Below, piece by piece: positions 1 through 12,418 of a DNA stretch of 64,000 bases; the stretch's first letter is position 1, and every line of letters begins with the position of its first letter. This DNA is from Malacoraja senta. Its lineage: Eukaryota. Made by a program: the position numbers and the translations under genes. The stretch lies in NCBI GenBank assembly GCA_038087875.1, contig CM075993.1, forward strand, positions 1,924,001 through 1,988,000, written 5' to 3'. Under the pieces are notes generated by a model. That model was not told where the DNA came from. It was given only the letters and a program-made list of their open reading frames with translations, and did not search any database.

Positions 1-94
1 TTCAGGATCTGGGGTTTTTGTTGCTAAGCCAGCATTTATTGCCATTCCCTGTATGATCTTGTGAATCTGATGCTGGGCCAACTTAGTCCGAGAG

Positions 95-490
95 TAGGCT
101 TGCCAACTTTCTCGCTCCCAAATAAGGGACAAAAGGTCAAAACACGGGACAAATTCCCGACGGCAATTCGTTGACCGACTGGGCCGTGGCTGGGTGAATG
201 ACGAGTTGGCCCGGGTGCTGGACTGCACACAAAGCCCAGCCGGCGGGGCCAGCTGGGGAGTTTGGGCCGGGCCGGGCGATGTCGCTCGCCCCACCCAACT
301 CATGAACCGATGATCGGCCGTGAGAAGGAGGGGTGATGATGTTGGCGGTTAGCGAAGGACGGACAGCTGGCCGGGCTGCCGACCGACCGACGGGGCCACA
401 GGCGAGGTGCTGCTGCTGCACTCCATGGGCTGCACAACGTCGGGACGGGTGAGGCGGGGCCGGACGTGACCCTCCGACCCGACAGTCCCC
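95..490. mobile_element. Probable hAT-type (Blackjack-like) DNA transposon end fragment
   Basis: Starts TAGGCTTGCCAAC followed by repeated GGGACA subterminal motifs and a GC-rich body. No matching second end or TSD was seen. Confidence 0.4.
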
Positions 491-635
491 CTAACAGATT
501 TCAAAGGAGAAGGGAGGACACCCAGAAGGCAATGTCCACAAGGCTACAAGGAGCAATGATCATTTCAGATTCTGATATCTCGACTTATTTTGCTTTTGAC
601 TTAATAGATTCCTGGATTGATTAAGCGATGGAGAC

Positions 636-735
636 TTTCAGTCTGAAGAAAGGTCTCGACCCGAAACGTCACCCATTCCTTCTCCCCAGATATGCTGCCT
701 GTCCCGCTGAGTTACTCCAACTTTATGTGTGTCTG
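636..735 (+). mobile_element. Penelope-like (Neptune) terminal repeat fragment with hammerhead-like core
   Basis: CTGAAGAAAGGTCTCGACCCGAAACGTC at 643-670 followed by the common CCATTCCTTCTC..GCTGAGTTACTCCA tail. The same hammerhead core follows the GIY-YIG ORF at 37.4 kb. Confidence 0.7.
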
Positions 736-788
736 TAAGGGATGAAGACAAGCAGGCTCAACTTCAAAGTTAAAAGTGGGAGGTTTAA

Positions 789-1075
789 AGGGCCTGTCCC
801 ACTTCCGCGACTTTTTCAAACTTACCGAAAATGTTCAACATGTTGAAGATCCAGCGGCGACCAGAACAAGGTACGACACTTTGGGCGACTACTCACGACC
901 ATACAGGCTTCACCCCGCGACATGTCACCTGTATGGTCGTGAGTAGTCTCCTAATCACCTAAAGAGTCGCAGCGTCTTTCTGGTCGACGCTGGATTTTCA
1001 CCATGTTGAAAATTTTCGGCGACCTTTGACGGTGCCGGCAGTCGCCGAAAAAGTAGCGCAAGTGGGACAGGCCCT
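789..1075. mobile_element. PIF/Harbinger-type MITE (family A)
   Basis: Perfect 16-bp TIR AGGGCCTGTCCCACTT/AAGTGGGACAGGCCCT. TAA TSD at 786-788 and 1076-1078. Internally palindromic and non-coding. Confidence 0.88.
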
Positions 1076-1598
1076 TAAAAGGGAACGTTGATGTTGAACA
1101 GGCAGCAAAATAATAGTGAGATCTGGCTGATTGCATTGAATTTCACCATAATCATGCGTATTCTTGTTAACTGCTCAAGAGATCAAATTGCACGTTTAAG
1201 CATACAAGCTATAATTAATTGGAATATTCCGTGCATGGTGCTGGCAGGACAAGTTTAAGTTGTTATGCCCTGGGTTAATGATTGATGTTAATTTAGTTTT
1301 CTAGTGCTGTCATGCTCATTAACTTCAGAATTATCCACTGACGTCGGCAAGATTTCAGTTTGAACAAAGGACAAAAATAAACTCAAGATGAGAACAAAAT
1401 CTCGGTGGTCGATAATTTATTTTAAAAACGCACTTGGCGTAATTATGTAGGAAGGAACTGCAGATGCTGGTTTAAACCGGAGACAGACACAAAATGCTGG
1501 AGTAACTCAGCGGGACAGGCAGCGACTCTGGAGGGAAGGAATGGGTGACGTTTCTGGTGCAGGCGAGTTGAGAGTTGAGGAGAATGTGGGTAGAATAA

Positions 1599-1853
1599 TG
1601 GGCCTGTCCCACTTACTCGGCTTTTTCAGCAACTTCCGGCACCCGTCATAGGTCGCCGAAAATTTCCAACATGTTGAAAATCCAGCGTCGACCAGAACAA
1701 GGTCGCGAGTCGTCTCCTCAGTCGCCCAAAGAGTCGAAGCGTCTTTCTGGTCACCGCTGGATTTTCAACATGTCGAAAATTTTCGCCGACCTGCAACGAC
1801 CTATGACGGGTGCCGGAAGTCGCTGAAAAAGTTGCGTAAGTGGGACAGGCCCG
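1599..1853. mobile_element. PIF/Harbinger-type MITE (family A)
   Basis: GGGCCTGTCCCACTTAC...GTAAGTGGGACAGGCCC termini, TAA on both sides (1596-1598, 1854-1856), interior similar to 789-1075. Confidence 0.88.
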
Positions 1854-2084
1854 TAAGTTAGAGCAAAAATTGTATTGTTCCAAGAACAAGCATGAACTCA
1901 ATGGGCCATATAGCTTCCTCTTTGGAATAAAGGATCAATACGAGTATCAGTTGTTTTTTTGTTGCATTGATGTTCTTTAAAGGCATGTCATACCATCCCA
2001 ATCTTTAACAGATTTATTTGTCAATCTATGTATGTCGTTCATCGTAACAAGCTTGCAAACCCAGTCTTTAAAAACAGATATTGT

Positions 2085-2655
2085 AAGGTGAGGTGAAGGG
2101 GAAAAGATATTATAGGAATCTGAGGGGAAACTTTTTCACACAAAGGGAAGTGGGTATTTGGAACAAGCTGCCAGAGGAGGTAGTTGAGGCTGGGACTATC
2201 CCAACGTTTAAGAAACAGTTAAAGCCCTGTCCCATGGTGCGAGTTCATTCAAGAGCTCTCCCAAGTTTTAAAAAAAATCAAACCTCGTGGTGAGCACGGA
2301 GAATGAACCTAGCGGGTACGTCGGAGCTCGGGGACGTCACTTAGCGGCTCGTAACGCTTAACGGGAAGACTCGCTAACGGCAGGTAAGCACGGGAAGACT
2401 GAAAAATGTCCACGAGAGCCCCGAGTACCGACGAGCGGCCATTACCGTAAAAATCTCCGAGTTCGAATCAGGGCAAACTCGGGGGAGAACTCTTGGAATG
2501 AACTCGCACTGTGGGACAGGGGTATAAGACAGGTACATGGATATGACAGGTTTGGAGGGATATGGACCAAACGCAGGCAGGTGGGACTAGTGTAGGTGGG
2601 ACACGTTGGCCGGTGTGGGCAAGTTGGGCCGAAGGGCCCGTTTCCACACTGTATC
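2085..2655 (+). mobile_element. CR1-clade LINE 3' fragment interrupted by a MITE
   Basis: Translates as RGNFFTQREVGIWNKLPEEVVEAG..FKKQL. It resumes as GACAGGTACATGG after the MITE and ends in the GGGCCGAAGGGCC stem-loop region. Confidence 0.8.
2222..2524. mobile_element. PIF/Harbinger-type MITE (family B)
   Basis: CCCTGTCCCA...TGGGACAGGG termini with TTA/TAA flanks. Splits a CR1 sequence at a TTA. Confidence 0.8.
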
Positions 2656-3207
2656 ACTCTGCGATTCCATTTACGATTTCTTCCAGCAAAATGAAATACG
2701 CAATTACAATTACAAACCAGATGTGTTATTACTAAGGCTAGTAATTTAGCATGGGACAACCGTAAAAAATGACAATCCCAACAAATTTCTTCAGCCTATT
2801 AATAGTTACATGCAAGTCATTTGCCAAGAATTGATCAATTTATAGAGAAACATCTCGCATTTAATTGGTCCCAGCACGCAATTAGAATGGAATTAACCTC
2901 CTTAAGTCCATGACCAAAGTCTAATTGACGTCAAGGGTCTCAACCCGAAACGTCACCTATTTCCTTCGCTCCATAGATGCTGCCTCACCCGCTGAGTTTC
3001 TCCAGCATTTTTGTCTACCTCCGATTTTAACTAGCCACTTGATAAATATTTGTAGAAAGGCTGACACAAAATGCTGGAGTAACTCAGCGGGACAGGCGGC
3101 ATCTCTGGAGAGAAGGAATGGGCGGCGTTTCGGGTCGAGACCCTTCTTCAGACTGATGTCAGGGGAGTGGGCGGGAGACAGAGATAGAATGCAGTCGGAG
3201 ACAGTCA

Positions 3208-3515
3208 CGGGCCTGTCCCACTGTACGAGGTAATTCAAGAGTTCTCCCGAGTTTCCCCCTGATTCGAACTCGGAGAATTACGGTAATAGCTGTTCGTAGG
3301 TACTCGGGGCTCTCGTGGACATTTTTCACAGTGCTGAAAAAACGTCACGAGTTACCGCGTTTCCCCGAGTTCCTGCCGTTAGCGTTATGAGCCGCCACGA
3401 GACATCCACGAGCTCCGGCGTAGCCGCTACGTACATTCTACGTACTTACCACGAGTTTGATTATTTTTAAACTCGGGATAGCTCTTGAATTACCTTGTAC
3501 AGTGGGACAGGCCCT
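3208..3515. mobile_element. PIF/Harbinger-type MITE (family B)
   Basis: GGGCCTGTCCCACTGTAC...GTACAGTGGGACAGGCCC termini with TCA/TAA flanks. Inserted into a minus-strand Neptune 3' fragment (about 3060-3620). Confidence 0.85.
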
Positions 3516-3874
3516 TAAGACTGGTGGGAGAACTGGGAGGGGATGGAGAGAGAGGGAGGGAAAGCAAGGGATATTTGAAGTTAGAGAAGTTAATGTTCAT
3601 ACCGCTGGGGTGTAAGAAAGGCTGTTTGATTAGTTCTGGGCAGTTTAATAATTGGGTTGAGGTTCATTCCTGGATGTACACATTGAACACTCACAGTGCA
3701 GAATTTTTGAAACTGGACACAATATATGGCTGTCTTTATATTAAATATTTGGCACGTACAAATTTGTCAGGGTGGATTTTTTTTTTGAGCTGTAACATGA
3801 AAATGCACCTGCCTTCAAGTTGCTATGAATAAAAAGCTTCAGCGATTTATCCTGGACCAGCCACCTTGAAGCTC

Positions 3875-4275
3875 TGGCCAGGAAAGCACACCAACGCCTC
3901 TACTTCCTTAGAAGGCTAAGGAAGTTCGGCATGTCTCCAACAACCCTCTAAAGATGTGCCATAGAAAGCATCTTATGCAGNNNNNNNNNNNNNNNNNNNN
4001 NNNNNNNNNNNNNNNNNNNNNNNNNNNNNNNNNNNNNNNNNNNNNNNNNNNNNNNNNNNNNNNNNNNNNNNNNNNNNNNNNNNNNNNNNNNNNNNNNNNN
4101 NNNNNNNNNNNNNNNNNNNNNNNNNNNNNNNNNNNNNNNNNNNNNNNNNNNNNNNNNNNNNNNNNNNNNNNNNNNNNNNNCACACACACCTCCAGATTCA
4201 GGAACAGTTTCTTCCCAGCTGTTATCAGGCAATTGAACCATCCTATCACCAACTAGAGAGCGGTCCTGACCTCCC
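3875..4275 (+). mobile_element. Rex1/Babar LINE RT C-terminal fragments spanning an assembly gap
   Basis: KAHQRLYFLRRLRKFGMS left of the gap and TSRFRNSFFPAVIRQLN right of it. Confidence 0.7.
3981..4180. other. Assembly gap (200 N)
   Basis: Run of N, right edge abuts (CA)n. Confidence 1.
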
Positions 4276-4444
4276 TAATGGACACAAATTGCCGGAGTAA
4301 TTTGCACCGCTGGAGAACATGCCTGCTGAGTTGTTCCAGCACTTGGAATCCCAAGAGGCTTTATACTTAAATTAGCCTTCTTTGTGTTTTTTTCTCTCTC
4401 AGGATCTACATATCTGCGGTGGACATCCGTTGTAAGTTTAACAA

Positions 4445-5055
4445 AATTCTTTTTTCCCCCCACACAGAGAGTGATGGGTGTATGGAACGAGCTGCCGGAG
4501 GAGGTAGTTGAGGCTGGGATTATCGCAACTTTTAAGAAACATTTAGACAGGTACATGGATAGACAATAGACAATAGACAATAGACAATAGACGCAGGAAC
4601 AGGCCATTTGGCCCTTCGAGCCAGCACAGCCATTCAATGTGATCATCCCCAATCAGTACCCATTCCTGCCTTCTCCCCATATCCCCTGACTCCACTATCT
4701 TCAAGAGCCCTATCTAGCTCTCTCTTGAAAGCATCCAGAGAACCTGCCTCCACCGCCCTCCGAGGCAGAGAATTCCACAGACTCACCACTCTCTGAGAAA
4801 AAGTGTTTCCTCGTCTCCGTTCTAAATGGCTTACTCCTTATTCTTAAACTGTGGCCCCCCTGGTTCTGGACTCCCCCCAACATCGGGAAACATGGTTCCT
4901 GCCTCTAGTGTGTCCAAACACCTTAGTAATCTTATAGGACAGGTCTAGAGGTATATGGACCAAACACAGACAGGTGGGGGCTTGTGTAGATGGGGGCTTG
5001 TTGGCCGGTGTGGGTAGGTTTGGCCGAAGAGCCTGTTTCCACGCCGTGACTCTAT
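4445..5055. mobile_element. Nested CR1 3' fragments (plus-strand copy interrupted by a minus-strand copy at about 4561-4935)
   Basis: FFPPTQRVMGVWNELPEEVVEAG..LDRYMD is broken at GGAT by a (GACAATA)n-tailed antisense CR1 end, then resumes TAGGACAGG. Confidence 0.8.
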
Positions 5056-5446
5056 GAATGAAACAGTTGTTCTGTCTGGAAGACAGACTGAAGGAGGGCC
5101 TCGTCCAAAACGTCACCCATTCCTTCTCTCCACAGATGCTGCCTGTCCCGCTGAGTTACTCCAGTATTGTGTGTATCTTCAGTTGCTCTCTCTCTACATT
5201 GGTTGGTGTGTAATCGTGCCCTACTATCCCCCCCTGCACCTCCCGTACAGGTGAGTCAGAAATAATGATCGCTCCTTAATGAACGGGTTGGACTATCATG
5301 TAATCACAGCCACAATTACGTTTAATTAATGCACGCCACAAATTGCTGATTAAACCACTAAATCACCGTTTCCACAGTAACAAATTTAGCAACATATTTC
5401 TGGGTACTATATTTCCATGAGACAAACTCTATATCAACTTGGTTAG

Positions 5447-5820
5447 TCATAGAGTGATGCAGCATGGAAACAGGCCCTTCGGCCCAACTTGCCCACACCG
5501 GCCAACATGTCCCAGCTACACTAGTCCCACCTGCCCACGTTTGGCCCATATCCCTCCAAACCTGTTCTATCCATGTACTTGTCCAACTGTTTCATAAAAG
5601 TCGGGATAGTCCCAGCCTCAACTACCTCCTCTGGCAGCTCGTTCCATACACACTCCACACTTTGTGTGAAAAAGTTACGCCTCAGGATTCCTATTAAACC
5701 TTTCCCCCTTCACCTTAAACCTATGTCCTCCAGTCCTCGATTACTCTACTCTGGGCAGGAGACTCTGTGCATCTGCCCGATCTATTCCTCTCATGATTTT
5801 ATACACCTCTATAAGATCAG
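5447..5820 (-). mobile_element. CR1 LINE 3' fragment
   Basis: Reverse complement of the CR1 C-terminus and 3' UTR seen at 2085-2655. Confidence 0.8.
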
Positions 5821-6320
5821 CCCTCTATGATCGAATACATCCCCACAAGTCAGTAGATACTGTCACAATGATAAACTGCTCCATGGTGACCAGGGAAATG
5901 GAGGCACCATTCAGTTAATTCTCAACTAACTTTGGAAACTAAACTTTGGTTTGTACGAGAGGCGATCAGTCAAGTTAAAGGATTAATGTCTGGCGGTCTG
6001 GGAGACTGGTCTGGTGTCTTGAACTCAAAACACCCCAGGACATTAATTATATAAAATTGAAATTAAAAAATTCGGACACAGTGATAGATGGTCCACATTG
6101 CAACCACTGTGTGCCTCAGATGGAGGGAATACAATTTTTAGGCTGATGGATCGGGTGTTAACCAGGCTATCACTTTGCAGTACATCTCGAGTTTGTTGAG
6201 TATCATTGTCAATAGACAACAGAAATAGGTGCAGGAGTAGGCCATTCAGCCCTTCGAGCCAGCACCGCCATTCAATGTGATCATGGCTGATCATCCACAA
6301 TCGCTGCAGTCATCCTGTTA

Positions 6321-6546
6321 AGGGCCTCTCCCACTTACACAACCTTTTTTACTCGTGGACATTTCTCATCAGGCTAGAAAAAACGCCCCGACCTACTTGA
6401 TGCCACGAGTACCTACGACTAGCATCACGGCCTGCTACGACCTACCTACGACCTCCTACGACCTCGTGACGGCCATGCTGCGAGTATGAGTCAAGGGCAA
6501 ACTCGGCAGAGGTCGTGAATTAGGTCGTGAAAGTTGGACAGGCCCT
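6321..6546. mobile_element. PIF/Harbinger-type MITE (family C)
   Basis: AGGGCCTCTCCCACTT...AAGTTGGACAGGCCCT termini, TTA TSD (6318-6320, 6547-6549), internal CTACGAC repeats. Confidence 0.85.
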
Positions 6547-7422
6547 TTACCCGGAGTTTAACATTTCAGGAAAGACGTGGAGGCTTTGAAGAGGGGGCGG
6601 GAGGAGGGTTACCAGAACGCCCTCCGGGTTAGAGGGTCTCAGCTTGGATAGACTTGTGTTTTCTCCAGAATGCCAGAGGTTGAGAGAGGATTGATATTGT
6701 CTATTGTCTATATCAAATTATAAGAGACTTAGTTTAGTTTGAGATTCCAGCGCGGAAACAGCCCCTTCGGCCCATCAAGTCTACACCGACCAGCGATCCC
6801 CGCACAGTAACACGATCCTAGATGCTAGGAGACGGTTACATTTGTACTAAGCCAACTAAACCACAATCCCGGACATCATAAGTCGGGTAAACAGTCCGAT
6901 CCGTTTTCCCCAAGGTGGAAATGTCCAAAACTAGGACTCCTAGGGGCAGCACAGTGGAGCAGTGTAGAGTTGCTGCCTTACAACGCTAGAGATGCAGGTT
7001 CAATCCTGACTACGGGTGCTGTCTGTACGGTTTAATAGATGAATGCTTAATTCTGCTCCCAAATTGACGAACATATCACCCGCTGAATTACTCCAACACT
7101 TTGTGTCTTCGCTTTATCCGAGGTCTGGCTGCTCTCACCCTGTTTAACATATTTGGGTTTATAATCAGTTAGTGGGTGGGTGCAAGCCAAAAGATAAAAG
7201 ATTTAATGAAGTGTTTATCTCTGTTTATCAAAAGAATCATTCTCTTTTAAAATGTCGCTAACATTTACTAAATGAGGCAGTTCATGGTGAAATGGTTTTA
7301 AATATCCGAGTACGAACTTACACAGCTTCACACAGTTGGAGTTGAAAGGAAAAAATAATAATATTTTACTTCAGGCAAACATGGTATTAATGAATTTGAA
7401 ATAAGAAAATAAACAAGTTGCC

Positions 7423-7690
7423 GGGCGGCACGGTGGTGCAGCGGGTAGTGCTGTTGCCGCACGGCGCCAGAGACCCGGGTTCAATCCCGACTGTCTGTGT
7501 GGACTTTGTCGGTTCTCCCTGTGAATGCGTGGGTTTCCTCCTGTTGCTCCGGTTTCCTCCCACACTCCAAAGACGTGCTGGTTAATTGGCTTCTGTAAAT
7601 TGTCTCTGGTGTGTCGGATAGAACTAGTGCAAGGGTGATCGCTGGTTGGCATGGACTCGGTGGCCGAAGGGCCTGTTTCCACGTTCTATC
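7423..7690 (+). mobile_element. HE1/V-SINE-type tRNA-derived SINE
   Basis: A-box GGTGGTGCAGCGGG, B-box GGTTCAATCCC, core GTGGGTTTCCTCC..CCGGTTTCCTCCCACA, and CR1-like GGCCGAAGGGCCTGTTTCC tail. Confidence 0.85.
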
Positions 7691-7879
7691 GTTTATTGAG
7701 CAAGAATCTTGGTTCTTGGTCCTCTAAAATATTCCAAATGGAATTTAAAACTGGAGGTGGTGGAGGGAGGACTTAAGCCAGAAAGGATTTTTCGGAAGAA
7801 AGAGCTACCTTAAATTTAGTTGCATCTGGTTGGGTAACTATGGTAGGGTGAAGATTATTCCATGCTGTAATTGTGCATT

Positions 7880-8234
7880 GAAACGTACCGAATAATGAAA
7901 TGCTTGGATGGGGTGGATGTGGAGAGGATGTTTCCACTAGTGGGAGAGTCTAGGAATAGAGGTCACAGCCTTAGAATTAAAGTACGTTTCTTTAGGAAGG
8001 AGATGAGGAGGAATTTCTTCAGTCAGAGGGTGGTGAATCTGTGGAATTCTTTGTCACAGAATGCTGTGGAGGACAAGTCAATTGATATTTTTAAGGCAAA
8101 GATAGATAGATTCTTGATTAGTACGGGTGTCAGAGGTTAAGGGGAGAAGGCAGGAGAATGGGGATAGGAGGAGAGATAGATCAGCCATGATTGAATGGCA
8201 GAGTTGACCTGATGAATAGCAGAGTTGACCTGAT
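7880..8234 (+). mobile_element. CR1 3' fragment (its tail resumes at about 9435-9480 after a nested CR1)
   Basis: IETYRIMK..RGHSLRIK..NFFSQRVVNLWNSL. Confidence 0.8.
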
Positions 8235-9434
8235 TTCAGAAGGCTTTCGACAAGGTACCACATAAGAGATTAGGATACAAACTTAAATCACACGGTATTG
8301 GGGGTTCAGTATTGATGTGGATAGAGAACTGGCTGGCAAACAGGAAGCAAAGAGTAGGAGTAAACGGGTCCTTTTCACAATGGCAGGCAGTGACTAGTGG
8401 GGTACCGCAAGGCTCACTGCTGGGACCCCAGCTATTTACAATTTATATTAATGATCTGGACGAGGGAATTGAAAGCAACATCTCCAAGTTTGCGGATGAC
8501 ACTAAGCTGGGGGGCAGTGTTAGCTGTGAGGAGGATGCCAGGAGACTGCAAGGTGACTTGGATAGGCTGGGTGAGTGGGCAAATGTTTGGCAGATGCAGT
8601 ATAATGTGGATAAATGTGAGGTTATCCACTTTGGTGGCAAAAACGGGAAGGCAGACTATTATCTAAATGGTGGCCGATTAGGAAATGGGGAGATGCAGCG
8701 AGACCTGGGTGTCATGGTACACCAGTCATTGAAAGTAGGCATGCAGGTGCAGCAGGCAGTGAAGAAAGCGAATGGTATGTTGGCTTTCATAGCAAAAGGA
8801 TTTGAGTATAGGAGCAGGGAGGTTCTACTGCAGTTGTACAGGGTCTTGGTGAGACCACACCTGGAGTATGGCGTACAGTTTTGGTCTCCAAATCTGAGGA
8901 AGGACATTATAGCTATAGAAGGAGTGCAGAGAAGGTTCACCAGACTGATTCCTGGGATGTCAGGACTTTCATATGAAGAAAGACTGGATAGACTTGGCTT
9001 ATACTCGCTAGAATTTAGGAGATTGAGAGGGGATTTTATAGAAACGTACAAAATTCTTATGGGGTTGGACAGGCTAGATGCAGGAAGATTGTTCCCGATG
9101 TTGGGGAAGTCCAGGACAAGGGGTCACAGCTTAAGGATAAGGGGGAAATCCTTTAAGACCGAGATGAGGAAAAACTTTTTCACACAGAGAGTGGTGAATC
9201 TCTGGAACTCTCTGCCACAGAGGGTAGTTGAGGCCAGTTCATTGGCTATATTTAAGAGGGAGTTAGATGTGTCCCTTGTGGCTAAAGGGATCAGGGGGTA
9301 TGGAGAGAAGGCAGGTACGGGATACTGAGTTGGATGATCAGCCATGATCATATTGAATGGTGGTGCAGGCTCGAAGGGCCGAATGGCCTACTCCTGCACC
9401 TATTTTCTATGTATCTATGTATTCTATATATCTA
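8235..9434 (+). mobile_element. 5'-truncated CR1 LINE with uninterrupted RT C-terminal ORF (8312-9328)
   Basis: FQKAFDKVPH upstream, GVPQGSLLGP, SKFADDTKL, RPHLEYGVQFWSP, WNSLP, and a (TCTATGT)-like tail. Confidence 0.93.
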
Positions 9435-9825
9435 TGGGCCGAATGGCCTAATACTACTCCTATCACTTGTGACCTTATCAACTAATCTTTCAGTCATCTA
9501 GGTTGAGAAATCCAAATAGCAAGATGGATGTTTTCAACCACTTGAAACTACAGAACTATAGTGCAATATTCTGACTGAACATAGGTGTTTATTGAACAAG
9601 AATCGATTCCAAATCTCATGGGGGGGGGGATTTTAGTGCAGATGAACAAAACACAGCTCAAAGGTGAAGCTTTTAGAACGTGTCAGAGATATAGAAAGAG
9701 AAAAGAGGGGAGAGGAAAGAGGGAGGAAAGATAGGGTAAAATAGAGAGATAAAAGTGGGAGAAAGAAAAGAAAGGGTCAGAAAGAGTGCACGAGATCATT
9801 TGGGTGACGCTCAAGGAATGTTGAG

Positions 9826-10116
9826 TTTAGTTTAGAGATACAACGCAGAAACAGGCCATTCGGCCCACCGAGTCTGCACTGACCAGCGACCCCCACACAC
9901 TAACACTATCCTACACACACTAGGGACAATTTACACTTACACCAAGCCAATTAACCTACAAACCTGTACGCCTTTGGAGTGTGGGAGGGAAACCGAAGAT
10001 CTCGGAGAAAACCCACGGAGAGAAATTTCCAAACTCCGTACAGACAGCACCCGTAGTCGGGATCGAACCCGTGTCTCCGGCGCTGCAAGGCAGCAACTCT
10101 ACCGCTGCGCCACCGT
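9826..10116 (-). mobile_element. HE1/V-SINE-type SINE
   Basis: Full reverse-complement copy with (AAACT)n tail and tRNA-like head. Confidence 0.88.
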
Positions 10117-10469
10117 GAAGCCCTGTTACCAGTTCTATTCTTCATTTACATTGGGATTCTTCCCTACAATATTTTTCTCTTGTTTAAAAAAAAAAAAAAA
10201 AAATCATGAACTAAATATTAATTAAAAGCTTACTAATGTACAGGAATCACTCATCAGAATTAATTGTTATACAACATCAACAATTAAACAGCATTAAATG
10301 AAGCAATTTCAAATAATCAGCCGTTCATTCCAATCTTACAACTCACACTTCCAGCTTCCAGTTTGTTGGCTGTTAATTTCAGAATTGATCTGCCTTTCCT
10401 TATGTATTCCCTTTACATATTATAATCTGCCTTCACCTTTACCGAGTTAATCTCTCCTGATCTCCCCCA

Positions 10470-11010
10470 TATAAGGTCATAAGTGATAGCAGCAGTATTA
10501 GACCATTCGGCCCATCAAGTCTACTCCGCCATTCAATCATGGCTGATCTAGACAATAGACAATAGGTGCAGGAGTAGGCCATTCGGCCCTTCGAGCCAGC
10601 ACCACCATTCAATGTGATCATGGCTGATCATCCCAAATCAGTACCCCGTTCCTGCCTTCTCCCCATATCCCCCGACTCCGCTAATTTTAAGAGCCCTATC
10701 TAGCTCTCTCTTGAAAGCATCCAGAGAACCCGCCTAACCCCATTCTCCTGCCTTCTCCCCATAACCTCCGACACCCGCACTAATCAAGAATCCATCTATC
10801 TCTGCCTTAAAAATATCCACTGACTTGGCCTCCACAGCCTTCTGCGGCAAAGAATTCCACAGATTCACCACCCTCTGACTAAAGAAATTCCTCCTCATCT
10901 CTTTCCTAAAGGAACGTCCTTTAATTCTGAGGCCGTGACCTCTAGTCCTAGACTCTCGCACTGGTGGAAACATCCTCTCCACATCCACTCTACCCAAGCC
11001 TTTCACTGTC
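10470..11010 (-). mobile_element. CR1 3' fragment with a nested CR1 end (about 10549-10733)
   Basis: KGLGRVDVERMFP..RNFFSQRVVNLWNSLPQKAVEA on the minus strand, interrupted by a GACAATA-tailed copy. Confidence 0.8.
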
Positions 11011-11194
11011 ATTGATTTGGGAGGGTTGAGGGGAAAGGTGGCACAGCTAATAGGCCCGCTATCCCACAGCTCCAGTGACCGAGGTTCGGTCCTGACCTGC
11101 ATGCTGTTTGAGTGGAGTTTGCACGTTCTCCCAGCCATTGCATGGGTTTCCACACTGACCGTTTCCTCCAACATCCCAGGGACACATGGGTCAG

Positions 11195-11535
11195 TGTGGA
11201 AACAAGCCCTTTGGCCCAACTTGCCCAAACCAGCCAACAAGTCCCAGCTACACTAGTCCCACCTGCCAGCATATGGTTCATATCCCTCAAAACCTGTCCT
11301 CTCCATATACCCGTCTAACTGCTTCTTAAATATTGGGATAGTCCCAGCCTCAACTACCTCCTCTGGCAGCTTGTTCCAAACACCCACTGCCCTCTGTGTG
11401 GATAAAGTTCCCCCTCAGATTCCTATTAAATCTTTTCCCCTTCACCTTAAACCTATGTTCTCTGGCCCTCGATTCCCCTACTCTGGGCAAGAGACTCTCT
11501 GCATCTGCCCGATCCATTCCTCTTATGATTTTATA
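11195..11535 (-). mobile_element. CR1 3' fragment
   Basis: Same subfamily as 5447-5820. Confidence 0.78.
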
Positions 11536-11719
11536 GCAATATTAATGGCTCTGGGCAGTTTAAAAAAAATCAGTTCCAATATTTCAAAGTAATCCCTTAG
11601 TCAGTTAATACAAGCAGTCACTCTCTCACTTGTAAATTATTTGAATGATTAATCAAGTTATAATAAAGACAGGCGACCACTTTAAAATTAAAAAAATTAA
11701 GTTAGCTGTCAAAATGGAT

Positions 11720-12228
11720 TCCAGCATGTCAGCTACCACGGACTCCGGTAGGAGATCGGCCTTCCCAGCCGCTGCGAGGACTCTCCCAACGCCGGGGCAA
11801 CAACACCCGGCGAGAATGGCCAGGAACATCGGGCCTCCGTAGAGGCAACTGTGGAGGCTTCAATAGGCCTGACTTTGGGTGAACTGGGGTTGGGGACTGG
11901 ACGTTGTGCCTTCCCCCACAGTGGTAATCATTGTGGGGGGATGATTTTGTGTGTGTAATGTGTAGTGTCTATGTTAGTCTTTGTACAAGATGGCGGTCGG
12001 AAGGGAAAGTGGACGCTGGCGTGCTTTAGCAGCCGCTGCTCGCTCTTCCATATTGTGTTTTTGATTTTTGTTTTTGGATTTAATTCTATCTTTAATTTGT
12101 GTACTGGTGATGTCTTTGCTATTTATTTCATTCCGCTTATATGTTTCTGCACTATTTGTTAAACTTTGTAAGGTGTCCTTGAGTCTTTGCGAAAGGCCAC
12201 CAATAAATAAAATCTATTATTATTATTA
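11720..12228 (+). mobile_element. Retroelement 3' region with L2-like tail
   Basis: Ends TGTAAGGTGTCCTTGAGTC..GAAAGGC..AATAAATAAAATC(TAT)n, resembling L2-clade 3' ends. The 5' part is GC-rich. Confidence 0.55.
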
Positions 12229-12418
12229 TATTCAACTTTTGTTTTCCAGTCTTCGCAGTTCCCCGTACTACAGACTCTGGGGAGGGGGCATCACATTTTC
12301 TGAGTATATCTAAATTACTATATACGCAGCCCGACCGATTCTTCGCAGCATCCACCGGCCTACCGACAGCCCGACCGACCGACTTCTGACCGACAGACTT
12401 CTGACCGACAGACCCTAA

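Noticed and set aside
3908..4256. ORFs spanning N runs (also 26843-27425)
   Set aside because: Open only because N codons are not stops.
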